This document shows, piece after piece, positions 46,570-56,461 of a stretch of DNA of 64,000 bases (position 1 is the first letter of the stretch; each line of letters starts with the position of its first letter). The translations under genes and the position numbers were made by a program. This DNA is from a virus. The notes under the pieces are model-generated. The model made no database searches, was not told the DNA's origin, and saw nothing but the letters and a program-made list of their open reading frames with translations. The stretch covers positions 1-64,000 of IMG/VR virus record IMGVR_UViG_3300017991_000064; one strand, 5' to 3'.

Positions 46570-48186
46570 ATGAAGCTATTGAGTTTGAAGATAAAGAATC
46601 TGAAATCAATTTCAACCCTCTCAATGAAATTGAAAGATGGTGTGACATTGATTGTAGGTGACAACAAGATAGGGAAGACATCAATTTTTCAGGCTATAAT
46701 GTTTGCAATCTATGGTGGTGTGAAGAAAAATCTCATTCGTCATGATCAAAAGCTCTGTGAATTAATGCTAGAGTTTGAACATGACCACCATCACTACAAG
46801 ATTCAACGAACATTCTACAACCGGAAAAAATCATCTGATGCTTCCTTATGGATCGATTCAATGGATGAGCCCTATTCATCCAGTACGAAAGTAATCAATG
46901 GTCTCGCTAAACAAAGATTCCACTTCTTCAAACTCTTTGGCTTTATCTACTATACTAAGGTTAACACCTGGTTAGTAGAACAGAAAATGAAAAAAGATCA
47001 ATTTCTTTTAGAACTCTTTGACCTGGACTGTATCAGTCAATTTGTTAAAGAGGGAGAATCCCACATACGGAAGTTCAGAAAAGATATTCCAGAGTGGTAC
47101 TTTGAATTTGATCCTGAAGAAAAACGAATTGAACTAGATGAGGCAAAAGAAAAGAGAGAAAAGTATACTGTGGCTCTAAACAAACTAGATCAGAAAATCA
47201 GTACACTAGATAAACTTCAGGCTAAGATTAAGTTCTATCGAAAACAAACTGAAGGGAAAGAAGTTGTAAAACCTGAAATGATCGAGGAGCTAGAAAATAA
47301 GTTGGAAGATGTCCAAAAAGAAATTGGCGCTATCAATCACCTAATGAAAGCCAAGAGTAAGATTCTGAATTTCACAAAATCCTATGACTCAGAGAACACC
47401 TGTCCACTTTGTCACTCAACAGTAAACCTAAAGAAGGTAGCAAAAGCAATTAAACAAGATCTGGCACAGTTAGAGGAGAAGGAGGAAGAATGGGAAAAGG
47501 TCAATGATCAAATTAATGAAGCTCTCAAGAAAATGATCACAAGGGATGACCTACCAGAAATTACGAAAACACAACTTAAAAAGAACCTTGATACCCTTCC
47601 TCTTCGTCAAAAAAGATCCAAGCTCCGCGAAAGAATGAGTCCCAACTCTGCCATAATTAGTTCTATAAAGGACGAGTTATATGCCCACAGAAAGATTCAA
47701 CGTCGGATAGAGGAGTCTAACATCAATGAGCTTGAAACCTCGGTGCAATCGCTATCAAGTACCATCAAGGTAATTAATGATACAATGAAAGCCAACCTCG
47801 TTAATATGATGAACGAATTCATGTTGGTAGCATATGAGGGTAATAGCTCTATACATCTTATTGATGGTCAACTCTATTTAGAAAACAGCAGAGGAGAGAA
47901 GATTGAGTTTGATGAGATGAGTGGAGCCAATAGCGAGATAGAAATTGTAATCTTTATCTTTGCTACATCACTGAACATTATTACAGGAAACAGAGTACTT
48001 ATAATGGATGAGCTCTTTAATACCCTAGATAAGAAAACTTTTCCTAGAGCGGTGAACCTCATCCAGTATGTTACCAAAAAGTACTTAACTCAACTCTTCA
48101 TTATCTCACATCGCAATGATTTTGAATATGACCATCTATTCACCAAATCAAAGAAAAGAGATAAGTGGGGATATATTTCTAACTAA
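46570..48186 (+). CDS. SbcC/Rad50 (gp46-like) ATPase
   Basis: GDNKIGKT, coiled coil with CPLC hook, MSGA, IMDELF, IISH. Confidence 0.9.
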   Translation: MKLLSLKIKNLKSISTLSMKLKDGVTLIVGDNKIGKTSIFQAIMFAIYGGVKKNLIRHDQKLCELMLEFEHDHHHYKIQRTFYNRKKSSDASLWIDSMDEPYSSSTKVINGLAKQRFHFFKLFGFIYYTKVNTWLVEQKMKKDQFLLELFDLDCISQFVKEGESHIRKFRKDIPEWYFEFDPEEKRIELDEAKEKREKYTVALNKLDQKISTLDKLQAKIKFYRKQTEGKEVVKPEMIEELENKLEDVQKEIGAINHLMKAKSKILNFTKSYDSENTCPLCHSTVNLKKVAKAIKQDLAQLEEKEEEWEKVNDQINEALKKMITRDDLPEITKTQLKKNLDTLPLRQKRSKLRERMSPNSAIISSIKDELYAHRKIQRRIEESNINELETSVQSLSSTIKVINDTMKANLVNMMNEFMLVAYEGNSSIHLIDGQLYLENSRGEKIEFDEMSGANSEIEIVIFIFATSLNIITGNRVLIMDELFNTLDKKTFPRAVNLIQYVTKKYLTQLFIISHRNDFEYDHLFTKSKKRDKWGYISN

Positions 48187-48194
48187 ATCATAGG

Positions 48195-48252
48195 TGCCAG
48201 GATGAAAATTTGGTACCGCTATTGAATTTGTTTACCATTATAGTAGAATCCC
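48195..48252 (+). repeat. Dispersed multi-box element, copy C
   Basis: TGCCAGGATGA-N15-ATTGAATTT-N12-AGTAGAATCCC. Confidence 0.8.
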
Positions 48253-48295
48253 AAAAGGTTAAATCTCCACGAAAACTTTTATAAGGAATGATAAC

Positions 48296-50185
48296 ATGTA
48301 TATAATCAAGAGTAAGAAGGGTTACCAAAGATTGGTCCCTAATGTAGAAATTGAAGAATACTTCTCGGAAGATTATTTCATAGGTAGAAGTACCAAACAA
48401 GGGAAACATATATTTCCTGTTTGGCGAAAAGCTTTGAAAACTATCTTCAGTAAAAAGCGTGGTAAAGACCTCATTGAGGTTATTGCTACTGGAGCTATTG
48501 GTTCGGGGAAGTCCACTCTAGCTATAATAGGATCATCTTTCATACTCTACAAACTTTTATTATTAGAAGATCCACATGATACCTTTGATATGATCAGAGG
48601 TCAACCTATCTTCTACCTATTCTTCAATGTAACAATGGATGCCAGTGAAGAAGGAAACATTCTGGCCCTAGGGAACCTTATACATGAAGCTCCTGTTTTT
48701 AGGGATCTAGGGGTTAGGTTTTCGAAGAATACGAAATACCCAAAACCCATCTTCCCTAAGAATATTCTACTAGCTCCCGGTTCTATGTTTGCTAAAGGTT
48801 TCGGGGCTGTTGGTAAGAATGTCATTAGCGGAATGATGGATGAGGTGAATGAATCTGATACAGACAAGAAACAAAGAAAGGCTCTCTTCACACAGAAGCG
48901 GGCATTGAAAATGTATAAAGCTATCATACGGAGAATGAAATCAAGATTTTTTGATGACCCTGATCAACCCTTCCTTAGGTACATTAAGCTCTTTCTCATT
49001 TCATCCAGACAAGAGAAAGACAATTTCCTTGAGGATTATATCGAGAAGGTAAAAGATAAGAAACATGTTATCGTTTTTGATTTCCCAGTTTGGGTAGCAA
49101 GATCCAAAAAGAAACTATGTGGGGATACATTCCATGTAGCAGTTTCTCCATTCATGGATCCCATGATAGTAAAGAAGAAGAAAGAAATTCCTGATGTTGA
49201 TGGAATCAAATCATATGAAATCCCTGTAGAGTATCTTCCAGCATTTGAACTAGATGCTCTATCCGCCCTTGCTGAGATAGCTGGTGTTAGTGTAAACAGG
49301 ATGAGGACCAGATTCTTTAGAAATAGAAAACTCCTCAAGGCTTCTTTCACAGAACGTCCTATCAATAGAGATATTCTAGAACTTTCTCTCTATGATGCAA
49401 TTCAGGTAGCATCATGTTTTAATATTAAGGAACTGATGAAACTCCGTGGACAAGCTATGACAGTACATATTGATGTTGGTTTGACTGGGGATAGATTGGG
49501 CATTGGTGCTGCTATGGTGGAATCATTCAAGCACCTAACTGTTTCTCCAGATGAGGAAGAGAAGTTAAGATTACTAAAAACAACTCTAGATCAAGAAAGC
49601 GATAGTCCTGTGGATGAGAAGAAACCAAATGAAGTACATGTACCTATAGTTCTAGTTCCCTTTGCTCTAGGTATTCAAGCTAAAGATGAGATTCCCCTAT
49701 TTAAGATTCGTGACTTTCTCTTCTTCCTCCGTGATGATATTGGAATACACTTCATCGAGGTAACTACTGATGGTTATCAATCTCGTGACCTACGACAGTT
49801 GTTAACAGTAGCTAATATTCCAAACAGAGAGTTATCCGTGGATAGAACGATGTCACATCATACAATCTACAGGACATGGGTCTATATGGGATTAGTAAAG
49901 AAAGTGAAGAATAGAATGCTATGGAAGGAGGAAAAAGAGTTACTAGAGTTGATGACAGATGCAAAGATTGATCATCCCGATGGAGGCAGTAAGGACCTTT
50001 CTGATGGAGTAACTGGAGCTGTAGCAAATCTTTTAATACAGAAACAGAGTAGAATGAACATGAGTCCACAGGCTAGGAAGGATCTCTACAGAATGATGCT
50101 AAACCAAGGAAGGTCAAAGACCACAGGATTGATGGATATGATGAGGCCCAAAAGGGGTGGTAACCCATTAAACTATAAAAAATAA
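48296..50185 (+). CDS. Terminase large subunit
   Basis: GAIGSGKS, MMDEVN, ISS, HIDVG, TDGYQS, KIDHPDGGSKDLSD. Confidence 0.9.
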   Translation: MYIIKSKKGYQRLVPNVEIEEYFSEDYFIGRSTKQGKHIFPVWRKALKTIFSKKRGKDLIEVIATGAIGSGKSTLAIIGSSFILYKLLLLEDPHDTFDMIRGQPIFYLFFNVTMDASEEGNILALGNLIHEAPVFRDLGVRFSKNTKYPKPIFPKNILLAPGSMFAKGFGAVGKNVISGMMDEVNESDTDKKQRKALFTQKRALKMYKAIIRRMKSRFFDDPDQPFLRYIKLFLISSRQEKDNFLEDYIEKVKDKKHVIVFDFPVWVARSKKKLCGDTFHVAVSPFMDPMIVKKKKEIPDVDGIKSYEIPVEYLPAFELDALSALAEIAGVSVNRMRTRFFRNRKLLKASFTERPINRDILELSLYDAIQVASCFNIKELMKLRGQAMTVHIDVGLTGDRLGIGAAMVESFKHLTVSPDEEEKLRLLKTTLDQESDSPVDEKKPNEVHVPIVLVPFALGIQAKDEIPLFKIRDFLFFLRDDIGIHFIEVTTDGYQSRDLRQLLTVANIPNRELSVDRTMSHHTIYRTWVYMGLVKKVKNRMLWKEEKELLELMTDAKIDHPDGGSKDLSDGVTGAVANLLIQKQSRMNMSPQARKDLYRMMLNQGRSKTTGLMDMMRPKRGGNPLNYKK

Positions 50186-50198
50186 CAGGAGGAACACT

Positions 50199-50633
50199 AT
50201 GGATGACATGACTAAGGTAAAGGAACCCAAAGACATTAATGACACAGAGAACACAGATGATCTTCTCACAAAGGAAGACCTAGCTAAGGAATGTAATGAG
50301 GAACTCTGGGCACTGAAACTGGTGACTGGGGAAGAAGTTCTAGCCAAGGGGTACTGGAAGGTACCTAAGGAAGGGCTCAATTCAATCTTCATTATTACGG
50401 GATCAATGGTAAGGTTGATGGCTAACCCAGTCTTGGTCAGAGGAAACCTAGCTTTTCAAAAGACTTATGTACCGTGGGTACACGAAGCTCACACGCAGGA
50501 GATTAATTCCTGGTTCGTAATCTCTTCCAACAATCAAGTTTCTAAGAAGGCCACTGAACAGTTCTACAAAACTACAACCGGTCTCAGTATTCATGGTACC
50601 AATGAGATTCCATCCAATGGGGGTCACCAATGA
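50199..50633 (+). CDS. Hypothetical protein, possible Sm-like fold
   Basis: LKLVTGEEVLA...NP...PW pattern seen in large-phage proteins. Confidence 0.55.
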   Translation: MDDMTKVKEPKDINDTENTDDLLTKEDLAKECNEELWALKLVTGEEVLAKGYWKVPKEGLNSIFIITGSMVRLMANPVLVRGNLAFQKTYVPWVHEAHTQEINSWFVISSNNQVSKKATEQFYKTTTGLSIHGTNEIPSNGGHQ

Positions 50634-51088
50634 GAAAGTTTACTTACTTTTTGCTGCTCATTTTCTTTTTATTAGTTGGCCAGAGTTTCAGAGTAAAGGC
50701 TGAGGTTTTTGTAGTAACCAAAGTGAAGTACCCTGAGAAACCACATAGAACGTATTACCTCCGTTCAGTTACTAAGCCAATCCATAAACTCTCTATGGTT
50801 CAGAAGGATATTAAAGGCCTGTATCTGGAGATGAATGATCAGATTGAGGTAGTTTTAAGTTTTGAGAAACCTGGTGATACAGAAATCTTCGTATATCTGA
50901 GAGTTGAAACGATGGGGGAGAAGAGAACACCGGCTGGAGACCAGAGAACTGTTTACGGGTGTACATTTATCAATGGGGCAAGTTTTGGAGGCTCGGGTAA
51001 ATTTGATGGTGGATTCTTCAATAAAACATTAAAACTGGGTGATAGGTTCTACTTATCCCTACGCAAAGTTTCAGAGGAGGATAGCTGA
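50630..51088 (+). CDS. Exported protein
   Basis: Signal peptide MRKFTYFLLLIFFLLVGQSFRVKA. Confidence 0.65.
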   Translation: MRKFTYFLLLIFFLLVGQSFRVKAEVFVVTKVKYPEKPHRTYYLRSVTKPIHKLSMVQKDIKGLYLEMNDQIEVVLSFEKPGDTEIFVYLRVETMGEKRTPAGDQRTVYGCTFINGASFGGSGKFDGGFFNKTLKLGDRFYLSLRKVSEEDS

Positions 51089-51090
51089 TC

Positions 51091-51768
51091 ATGTACGAAA
51101 ATATAGAAATGATTCCGCAAGATGTCAGGATCATCGAACAGCCCGTACTAAAGAATATCAGAAACTCGGAGTTTGTAGCTAGGTTATCACACCGCTCGGA
51201 AGAAAGAATCTCCGACGATTCTTACGTGGCTCTCATGGATAAAATGACACGTTTGAACCACCAGGCAGCCTTTGAGTTCATGGATATGACCGTAATGTTT
51301 ACTACGAACCGTGGAGTATCCCATGAACTTGTCCGACATCGCCTATGTTCCTTCCTGCAAGAGAGTACGAGATACATCAATTTCGACAAGAAGATGAAGG
51401 GTAAGATTCCTATTATCCGCGGGGATTACCCAATGTATATGTTAAAGATTCTGGATGACATAGCATATACATACAAGAAGATGGTTAACGAAGGTATCCC
51501 ACCACAGAAAGCAAGAGATATCCTACCAATGTCATTGGCTACCAGGATAGCTGTTAAAACCAATCTTAGAGAATGGGCATATTTATTCCACATGAGATTA
51601 TTCAACAAGAAAGCTCATCCTCAGTTTAGAGAGTTGATGTCAATGCTATTGAATAAGCTAGTAAACAAACCAGCCTGGTATCCGGTAGTAAACTGCCTAC
51701 TTCAGAATACCTATGGATACACAGAAGAACAAATCGAAGATGCAAGGGGGGTCTGTCTCAATGAGTAA
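51091..51768 (+). CDS. thyX: Flavin-dependent thymidylate synthase
   Basis: HQAAFE, RGVSHELVRHRLCSFLQESTRY (RHRX7S), AR.ILP, NLREW, AHPQ. Confidence 0.95.
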   Translation: MYENIEMIPQDVRIIEQPVLKNIRNSEFVARLSHRSEERISDDSYVALMDKMTRLNHQAAFEFMDMTVMFTTNRGVSHELVRHRLCSFLQESTRYINFDKKMKGKIPIIRGDYPMYMLKILDDIAYTYKKMVNEGIPPQKARDILPMSLATRIAVKTNLREWAYLFHMRLFNKKAHPQFRELMSMLLNKLVNKPAWYPVVNCLLQNTYGYTEEQIEDARGVCLNE

Positions 51769-52597
51769 TGTCACATATGTATTCTATGAAAATGGTGTCA
51801 AGATGCTTGGGTCTACTAACAATGAATTTGATGTGGGATCAGATGCTATAAGAGATGAACTTCTCCAACGACTCCAATCAACAATCAGCCATGTTTCCGA
51901 GTTAGAATTCCAGGTGAAAGATCTTGAGGCCTCAAAGAACCAGGCCTACAAGGAAAGGAATTTAATGGTTCAATTCCTCACCTTCATCTACCCATCATAT
52001 CTTACTAAGCACCCCGAAGATGATCTTTCCTGGGAACAGGACTGGATGAACATTGTTGTGGTTGATGGTCCTGGTGGTCAAATGAGTTGGCACATCCATG
52101 ATTCTGAAATGCTTCTCTTCTCCCATCTGGGGTACAGAGAGAATGATTGGGATGGGCATACCACGGAGGATAAGTACAAAAGGTTAGAGCATTGTTGCCG
52201 AGTAGAGATTCAGAGACCACTAATTGAGAATCCACCGATCGTTAAGTCTCAGGGTGATCGTGATAAAGTAGAATTAGGTCTTTGTCTACAGATGATCGAT
52301 AAAGATAACATCTTTAAGGCCATCGTTCAAGAGATATTCAAACAGAAAGCTGCAGAGAGGGGCTATGTTCTCCCCGATCAGGACTCTGATATTTCTATGA
52401 TCAACGGCGAGCTAGAAGAGAAATTGGTTCTTATGGGATTCCAAACAAAGGTGGAAATGGCAGTTCATCGTATTCCCTACCCCTTTGATAAGAACAAGAA
52501 AACCAAGGTAGAGCATGTTGATGTGTCAGTCACTGAAGGAATTGATAAATTCATAGGTGCTATTAAAGGAGCTAAGGAGGAAAAGAAAGATGAATGA
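51761..52597 (+). CDS. Hypothetical phage protein with WDGH motif
   Basis: AYKERN...GQMSWHIHD...WDGHTT. Confidence 0.7.
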   Translation: MSNVTYVFYENGVKMLGSTNNEFDVGSDAIRDELLQRLQSTISHVSELEFQVKDLEASKNQAYKERNLMVQFLTFIYPSYLTKHPEDDLSWEQDWMNIVVVDGPGGQMSWHIHDSEMLLFSHLGYRENDWDGHTTEDKYKRLEHCCRVEIQRPLIENPPIVKSQGDRDKVELGLCLQMIDKDNIFKAIVQEIFKQKAAERGYVLPDQDSDISMINGELEEKLVLMGFQTKVEMAVHRIPYPFDKNKKTKVEHVDVSVTEGIDKFIGAIKGAKEEKKDE

Positions 52598-53597
52598 TAC
52601 CCAACTCATTCAATTGGCGGAGGAAACATTCGGTGGTGCACTTGATGTTATGAAACGAAAGAATGCTGACTACACAGCAGGTATGAAGGAGTATGATGCT
52701 CTTCTAAACTTTAAGTTGATTGCTTCATTGTTGAATATCTCTCCCTATAAGGTCTGGGGTGTTTATGCTATGAAGCATATGCTTGCGATCCTTAAGTTCA
52801 CCAATACTGGTAGGGTAGAAAGTGAAGGTTTATTTGGAAGGGTTGATGACCAGATGAACTATGCCATTCTCCTCAAGGCACTGGCTACAGATGAGAAGAA
52901 TGGTGTCAGAATGACCATTGATCTCGAAGAGTACTTCAGAATTCATATGGCAGAAAATGGGGTTCAGAACGATGACATCATTGACGATGATGAACCAGAG
53001 ATTGATCAAGAGTTTATCCAGACGAGATTAAATACAACTCTTGAAGCATTGAAGGAAAGTCTACAAAGGTCAGACTCCATTCCTGTTGATGTAAAGAAAA
53101 TGATCGAGAAAAAGATACAGAGTATGGAAGAGATGGTAACTACACCCTCCACGTCAGATGTGGAAGGAGTTAAGGTAGTTCCTCCACCTGAGGAGGATAC
53201 GCTAGTTATTGTACCCATCTCGGATACCCTAGAGGCATTGCTAAAAAGGTATCAAATGGACAAGGAGTCTGTGGAGAAGACCATTATTCCAAACATCATT
53301 TCGATGTTCGAAAGGTTTCAGCAGAAGTTTGGTGATGGCAGAAAATGTATGACTAGAGTAGAAACGTTTAAGAAACCCAATAACCTTGAGAAAAAGGTTA
53401 GATATTCTGCTTACGTGGTCTTGTACTTAAAACAGGATGAGCATCCTTCTGGAGTACAGATTGACAGAATGGGATTCGGGGTTTATGACAGTATTCAAGA
53501 TGTCACGGTCGCTGGAGAGATGGTGAGTATCGCATTAGAGCGGGTTCATAAAAAGTGTAAAATTGATATCGAAGTAGCCGAAGCTGTACAATTTTAA
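52590..53597 (+). CDS. DUF1599/Nmad1-like (nucleotide-modification-associated) N-terminal domain protein
   Basis: MKRKNADY...NF...KH...ES...DQMNYAILL. Confidence 0.6.
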   Translation: MNDTQLIQLAEETFGGALDVMKRKNADYTAGMKEYDALLNFKLIASLLNISPYKVWGVYAMKHMLAILKFTNTGRVESEGLFGRVDDQMNYAILLKALATDEKNGVRMTIDLEEYFRIHMAENGVQNDDIIDDDEPEIDQEFIQTRLNTTLEALKESLQRSDSIPVDVKKMIEKKIQSMEEMVTTPSTSDVEGVKVVPPPEEDTLVIVPISDTLEALLKRYQMDKESVEKTIIPNIISMFERFQQKFGDGRKCMTRVETFKKPNNLEKKVRYSAYVVLYLKQDEHPSGVQIDRMGFGVYDSIQDVTVAGEMVSIALERVHKKCKIDIEVAEAVQF

Positions 53598-53851
53598 TGA
53601 ACATGAGTAGAATACCAGAAGCTTTATCTAATGTAATGATGTGGCTATCTGCCTTGAAGGTTAGAGGTCGGATTTTCTTCCACTGGACAACAAAAGGTAA
53701 GGACCTTGAATTCACCCTACGCATTCCAGCCAATGAAGCCATAGCAGTCCCCGCAAAGGAACTTGCTAATCTGAACAAAGCACGGAGTGTTAGTGAGAAA
53801 TTAAGGATCCTTAGACGTATTGCTCTTCTAGTCGAGAATAGAAGAAAATAG
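53597..53851 (+). CDS. Hypothetical protein
   Basis: 84 aa, TAATG coupling. Confidence 0.55.
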   Translation: MNMSRIPEALSNVMMWLSALKVRGRIFFHWTTKGKDLEFTLRIPANEAIAVPAKELANLNKARSVSEKLRILRRIALLVENRRK

Positions 53852-53879
53852 CCTTTTTATAGTATATAAGGAGGTTCTC

Positions 53880-54248
53880 ATGAGAATGTGGATGGTAGAT
53901 CCAAAGATAATGTGTAGACAACATCTGTTGGGTGAGCATAGAGAGATGCATGCTCTACGAGGTATGATTATGAAAGGACTCAGTCTCGATGGCTATGTCC
54001 GTAATAATTGTCTTCAGTTTAGGGACATCAAGAAACGCCATGATCGAATTGTTGCTGAAATGATTCGTCGTGGTTATAATCACTATTCTCCACTCGAAGA
54101 AATTCCTGATATGGTCACGATAAAATATAGCTACTTCGTTCAGGAATCAAAGGTTGATGTTGAATCTTCACTACAGGATCTACTCCAACGTTGTGTACGA
54201 TGTTCTAAACGATTCAAAAAGTTAAGGAGGAATAATGGAGAACAATGA
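53880..54248 (+). CDS. Pyrimidine-dimer DNA glycosylase (DenV/endonuclease V-like)
   Basis: MRMWMVDPKIMCRQHLLGEHREMH...EMIRRGYNH. Confidence 0.75.
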   Translation: MRMWMVDPKIMCRQHLLGEHREMHALRGMIMKGLSLDGYVRNNCLQFRDIKKRHDRIVAEMIRRGYNHYSPLEEIPDMVTIKYSYFVQESKVDVESSLQDLLQRCVRCSKRFKKLRRNNGEQ

Positions 54249-54549
54249 ACACCTACTGAACAGGAATTTTCACTTTCACAAAACAAAAGACAAGGAAGGG
54301 ATTCCGATCATCATGATTATGTCAGTTGAAAATATGGAGGGGACCTTCAAGGGAATAGATCCCCCACTAGAACGAAATGCAGAATCTGATAAGATCGGAA
54401 TCCCCAATCCCAAAACTGGAGAAACAGAGTGGATAGAATATTCTCCAGCACCAGACCTAGCACTGAAAGTCGTGGGGTATCTCACAGACAATGACATGAG
54501 AGCGCTAATGGAAGTAATCCCACGAGATATTCATCTCGAGTACATGTAG
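54235..54549 (+). CDS. Hypothetical protein
   Basis: AGGAGG RBS. Confidence 0.7.
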   Translation: MENNEHLLNRNFHFHKTKDKEGIPIIMIMSVENMEGTFKGIDPPLERNAESDKIGIPNPKTGETEWIEYSPAPDLALKVVGYLTDNDMRALMEVIPRDIHLEYM

Positions 54550-54557
54550 GAGGAATC

Positions 54558-54923
54558 ATGAACTTTATCCGGGTAGGTTTTCATTTCATGGTGGACAATG
54601 CGATCCCTATCCTTTACATTCTTCTTGCTCTCCATATCTTTCTAACTACCCGAAGAGTCTTTTACTTAGAGGGTAAGATTCGAGAGGTGGAAATTAACCT
54701 GGAAGATGTTAAGAGACAATTGGATTACTACGTTGTCTCCACCGCTGATTTCGAGAAGTTCAAGAGTGAAGTATATCTGATTGTGGACAACTTCTCAAGG
54801 TACCAGGAAATAACACGTAGAAGTAACGGAAAGTTGAGTCACCGGGGGTTAATGAATTTTCTCAAGAGTCAGCTCGAGATAGAAAGCTTACAGGCCAAAT
54901 GTGAAGTTAGTGATGATGATTAG
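54558..54923 (+). CDS. Membrane-anchored coiled-coil protein
   Basis: TM helix then coiled coil; AGGAGG RBS. Confidence 0.65.
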   Translation: MNFIRVGFHFMVDNAIPILYILLALHIFLTTRRVFYLEGKIREVEINLEDVKRQLDYYVVSTADFEKFKSEVYLIVDNFSRYQEITRRSNGKLSHRGLMNFLKSQLEIESLQAKCEVSDDD

Positions 54924-55360
54924 AATCTAAAGGTGAATGAAACACTCTTCTTTCCATATTCAGTTCCAAAGGGGCTTACGACATTCCCAAGTTGTAAGCC
55001 TTCTTTTTTGTGTAGTTTGGTTAGGATTCTGTTCTCAAGGTGTGATGTAATACGATCACTCATCTCCAAACTCATTTCACGTCTCAATGATCTCTTCAGA
55101 TATTTTCCAAAGGCACCTAATCCCCTTGTCTTCATTTCGTATCTATGGTTCGTAATATAATCACCCGTTGCACTACACCAATGCTTTAACCTTTTGTACA
55201 TTACAAGTTCGGTAGCAGTATAGTATTTAGTAGCTCCACTTTCATCTGCTCTCTTCATCGCTTTTGTCGCTACTCTTATGAATTGTGTAAATATCAGTAG
55301 TACAATTAGATTGAAGTAATTCACAAGTACATCATTTAATAGATCACCAATTAATTCCAT
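54920..55360 (-). CDS. Membrane-anchored hypothetical protein
   Basis: N-terminal TM helix. Confidence 0.65.
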   Translation of the reverse strand: MELIGDLLNDVLVNYFNLIVLLIFTQFIRVATKAMKRADESGATKYYTATELVMYKRLKHWCSATGDYITNHRYEMKTRGLGAFGKYLKRSLRREMSLEMSDRITSHLENRILTKLHKKEGLQLGNVVSPFGTEYGKKSVSFTFRF

Positions 55361-55372
55361 TCAAACCCCCCT

Positions 55373-55430
55373 TGCCAGAATGACAAAACAGTACCAAGAT
55401 TTCATTTGTTAGGTTTACCAGTGGAAATCC
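55373..55430 (+). repeat. Dispersed multi-box element, copy D
   Basis: TGCCAGAATGA-N15-ATTTCATTT-N12-AGTGGAAATCC. Confidence 0.8.
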
Positions 55431-55442
55431 TTAACTTAAATC

Positions 55443-55631
55443 TCAACGACCCATATAGGGAAAAATTTGACCCTTTATTTTATCCCCTTTTCTCCTTCTC
55501 TTTAATTTCCTGGTGGTCATCCACATTGAGATCATTTGAATTACTACCATCGCTGAGACAAGAATGGTTCCACCCATAAGAATGTAAGCAATGGTTTTGA
55601 GACTCCATTCGAGTTCAATTATTGTCATCAT
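55443..55631 (-). CDS. Small membrane protein
   Basis: Single TM helix plus basic tail; AGGAGG RBS. Confidence 0.6.
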   Translation of the reverse strand: MMTIIELEWSLKTIAYILMGGTILVSAMVVIQMISMWMTTRKLKRRRKGDKIKGQIFPYMGR

Positions 55632-55648
55632 ACCTCCTATCAACGGAA

Positions 55649-55676
55649 ATGGGATAGAGAATGAACTCTATCCCAT
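55649..55676 (-). terminator. Perfect 11-bp hairpin, probable terminator after the holin-like gene
   Basis: ATGGGATAGAG-N6-CTCTATCCCAT; U-tract is weak. Confidence 0.55.
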
Positions 55677-55716
55677 AACCATGCTCCAAAATATCGTAAC
55701 GTATGTACGACCTGAA

Positions 55717-56181
55717 TCAGTTACCGATGTTGTTCACCTTGAACACATTCTGTTCCACTAGATGCTCAATGTATGCACCGGTATCACCCATGAACTTATC
55801 AAGGAGATCCATCTTTTCCTTACCAAGAATTCTCTTGGCCTCGCTGATAACATTCTGTTTGATGACCTTCTTCTCTGCATCGGTTACCTTAGCACCACCA
55901 TCGCTATCAGGTGCCTGGGCTTTCTTGTACTCCTTAACCAATGTTTGTTCTGCTGACATGACCAAAGTTTCGATTAGTTCAGCCAGGTCCAGCTTGGTTT
56001 CGTAGTACTGTATCTTCTCACCCTGTGCCTCTGCGGCAGCTTTCTTCGCTTCCATATCTTTCTCATAGGTATCAACGTATTTCTTCACCTTTGAGGAGAT
56101 CATGGGAAGAAGAACAATAATAGCTGTTTTGATCAACCAGTTCAGTACGAGACTAACGGCCTCTGATGATAGCCATTCCAT
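55717..56181 (-). CDS. Holin-like protein (LL-H type)
   Basis: Single N-terminal TM, LVMSAEQ...GAKVT.AEK...IEHLVEQNV; near endolysin. Confidence 0.6.
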   Translation of the reverse strand: MEWLSSEAVSLVLNWLIKTAIIVLLPMISSKVKKYVDTYEKDMEAKKAAAEAQGEKIQYYETKLDLAELIETLVMSAEQTLVKEYKKAQAPDSDGGAKVTDAEKKVIKQNVISEAKRILGKEKMDLLDKFMGDTGAYIEHLVEQNVFKVNNIGN

Positions 56182-56236
56182 TGTGTTCACCTCCGTTTAT
56201 GTATGTAATCTAATGGTTTACTTATGATTCCTTGTG

Positions 56237-56461
56237 TCACCTCCGTCCCATGTAATATTTGCATCTAATGCATCTTCCTTTCTGTTTATCCTTTAACCCT
56301 TTCCTAAAGTTCCATTTGCCACAATTGTTGCATTTCCGCATGGTAGCTCTTTTCTTAATGGCCCACTTCAAAGAACTAAATGGCGCTTTCACAATTCCTA
56401 CAACTAGATCCTTCGGACTAATGAAGATTCCATGCCCTCGTCTATTGTTAAGAAATTTCAT
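56237..56461 (-). CDS. Small Zn-ribbon protein
   Basis: CNNC...CIRC. Confidence 0.6.
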   Translation of the reverse strand: MKFLNNRRGHGIFISPKDLVVGIVKAPFSSLKWAIKKRATMRKCNNCGKWNFRKGLKDKQKGRCIRCKYYMGRR

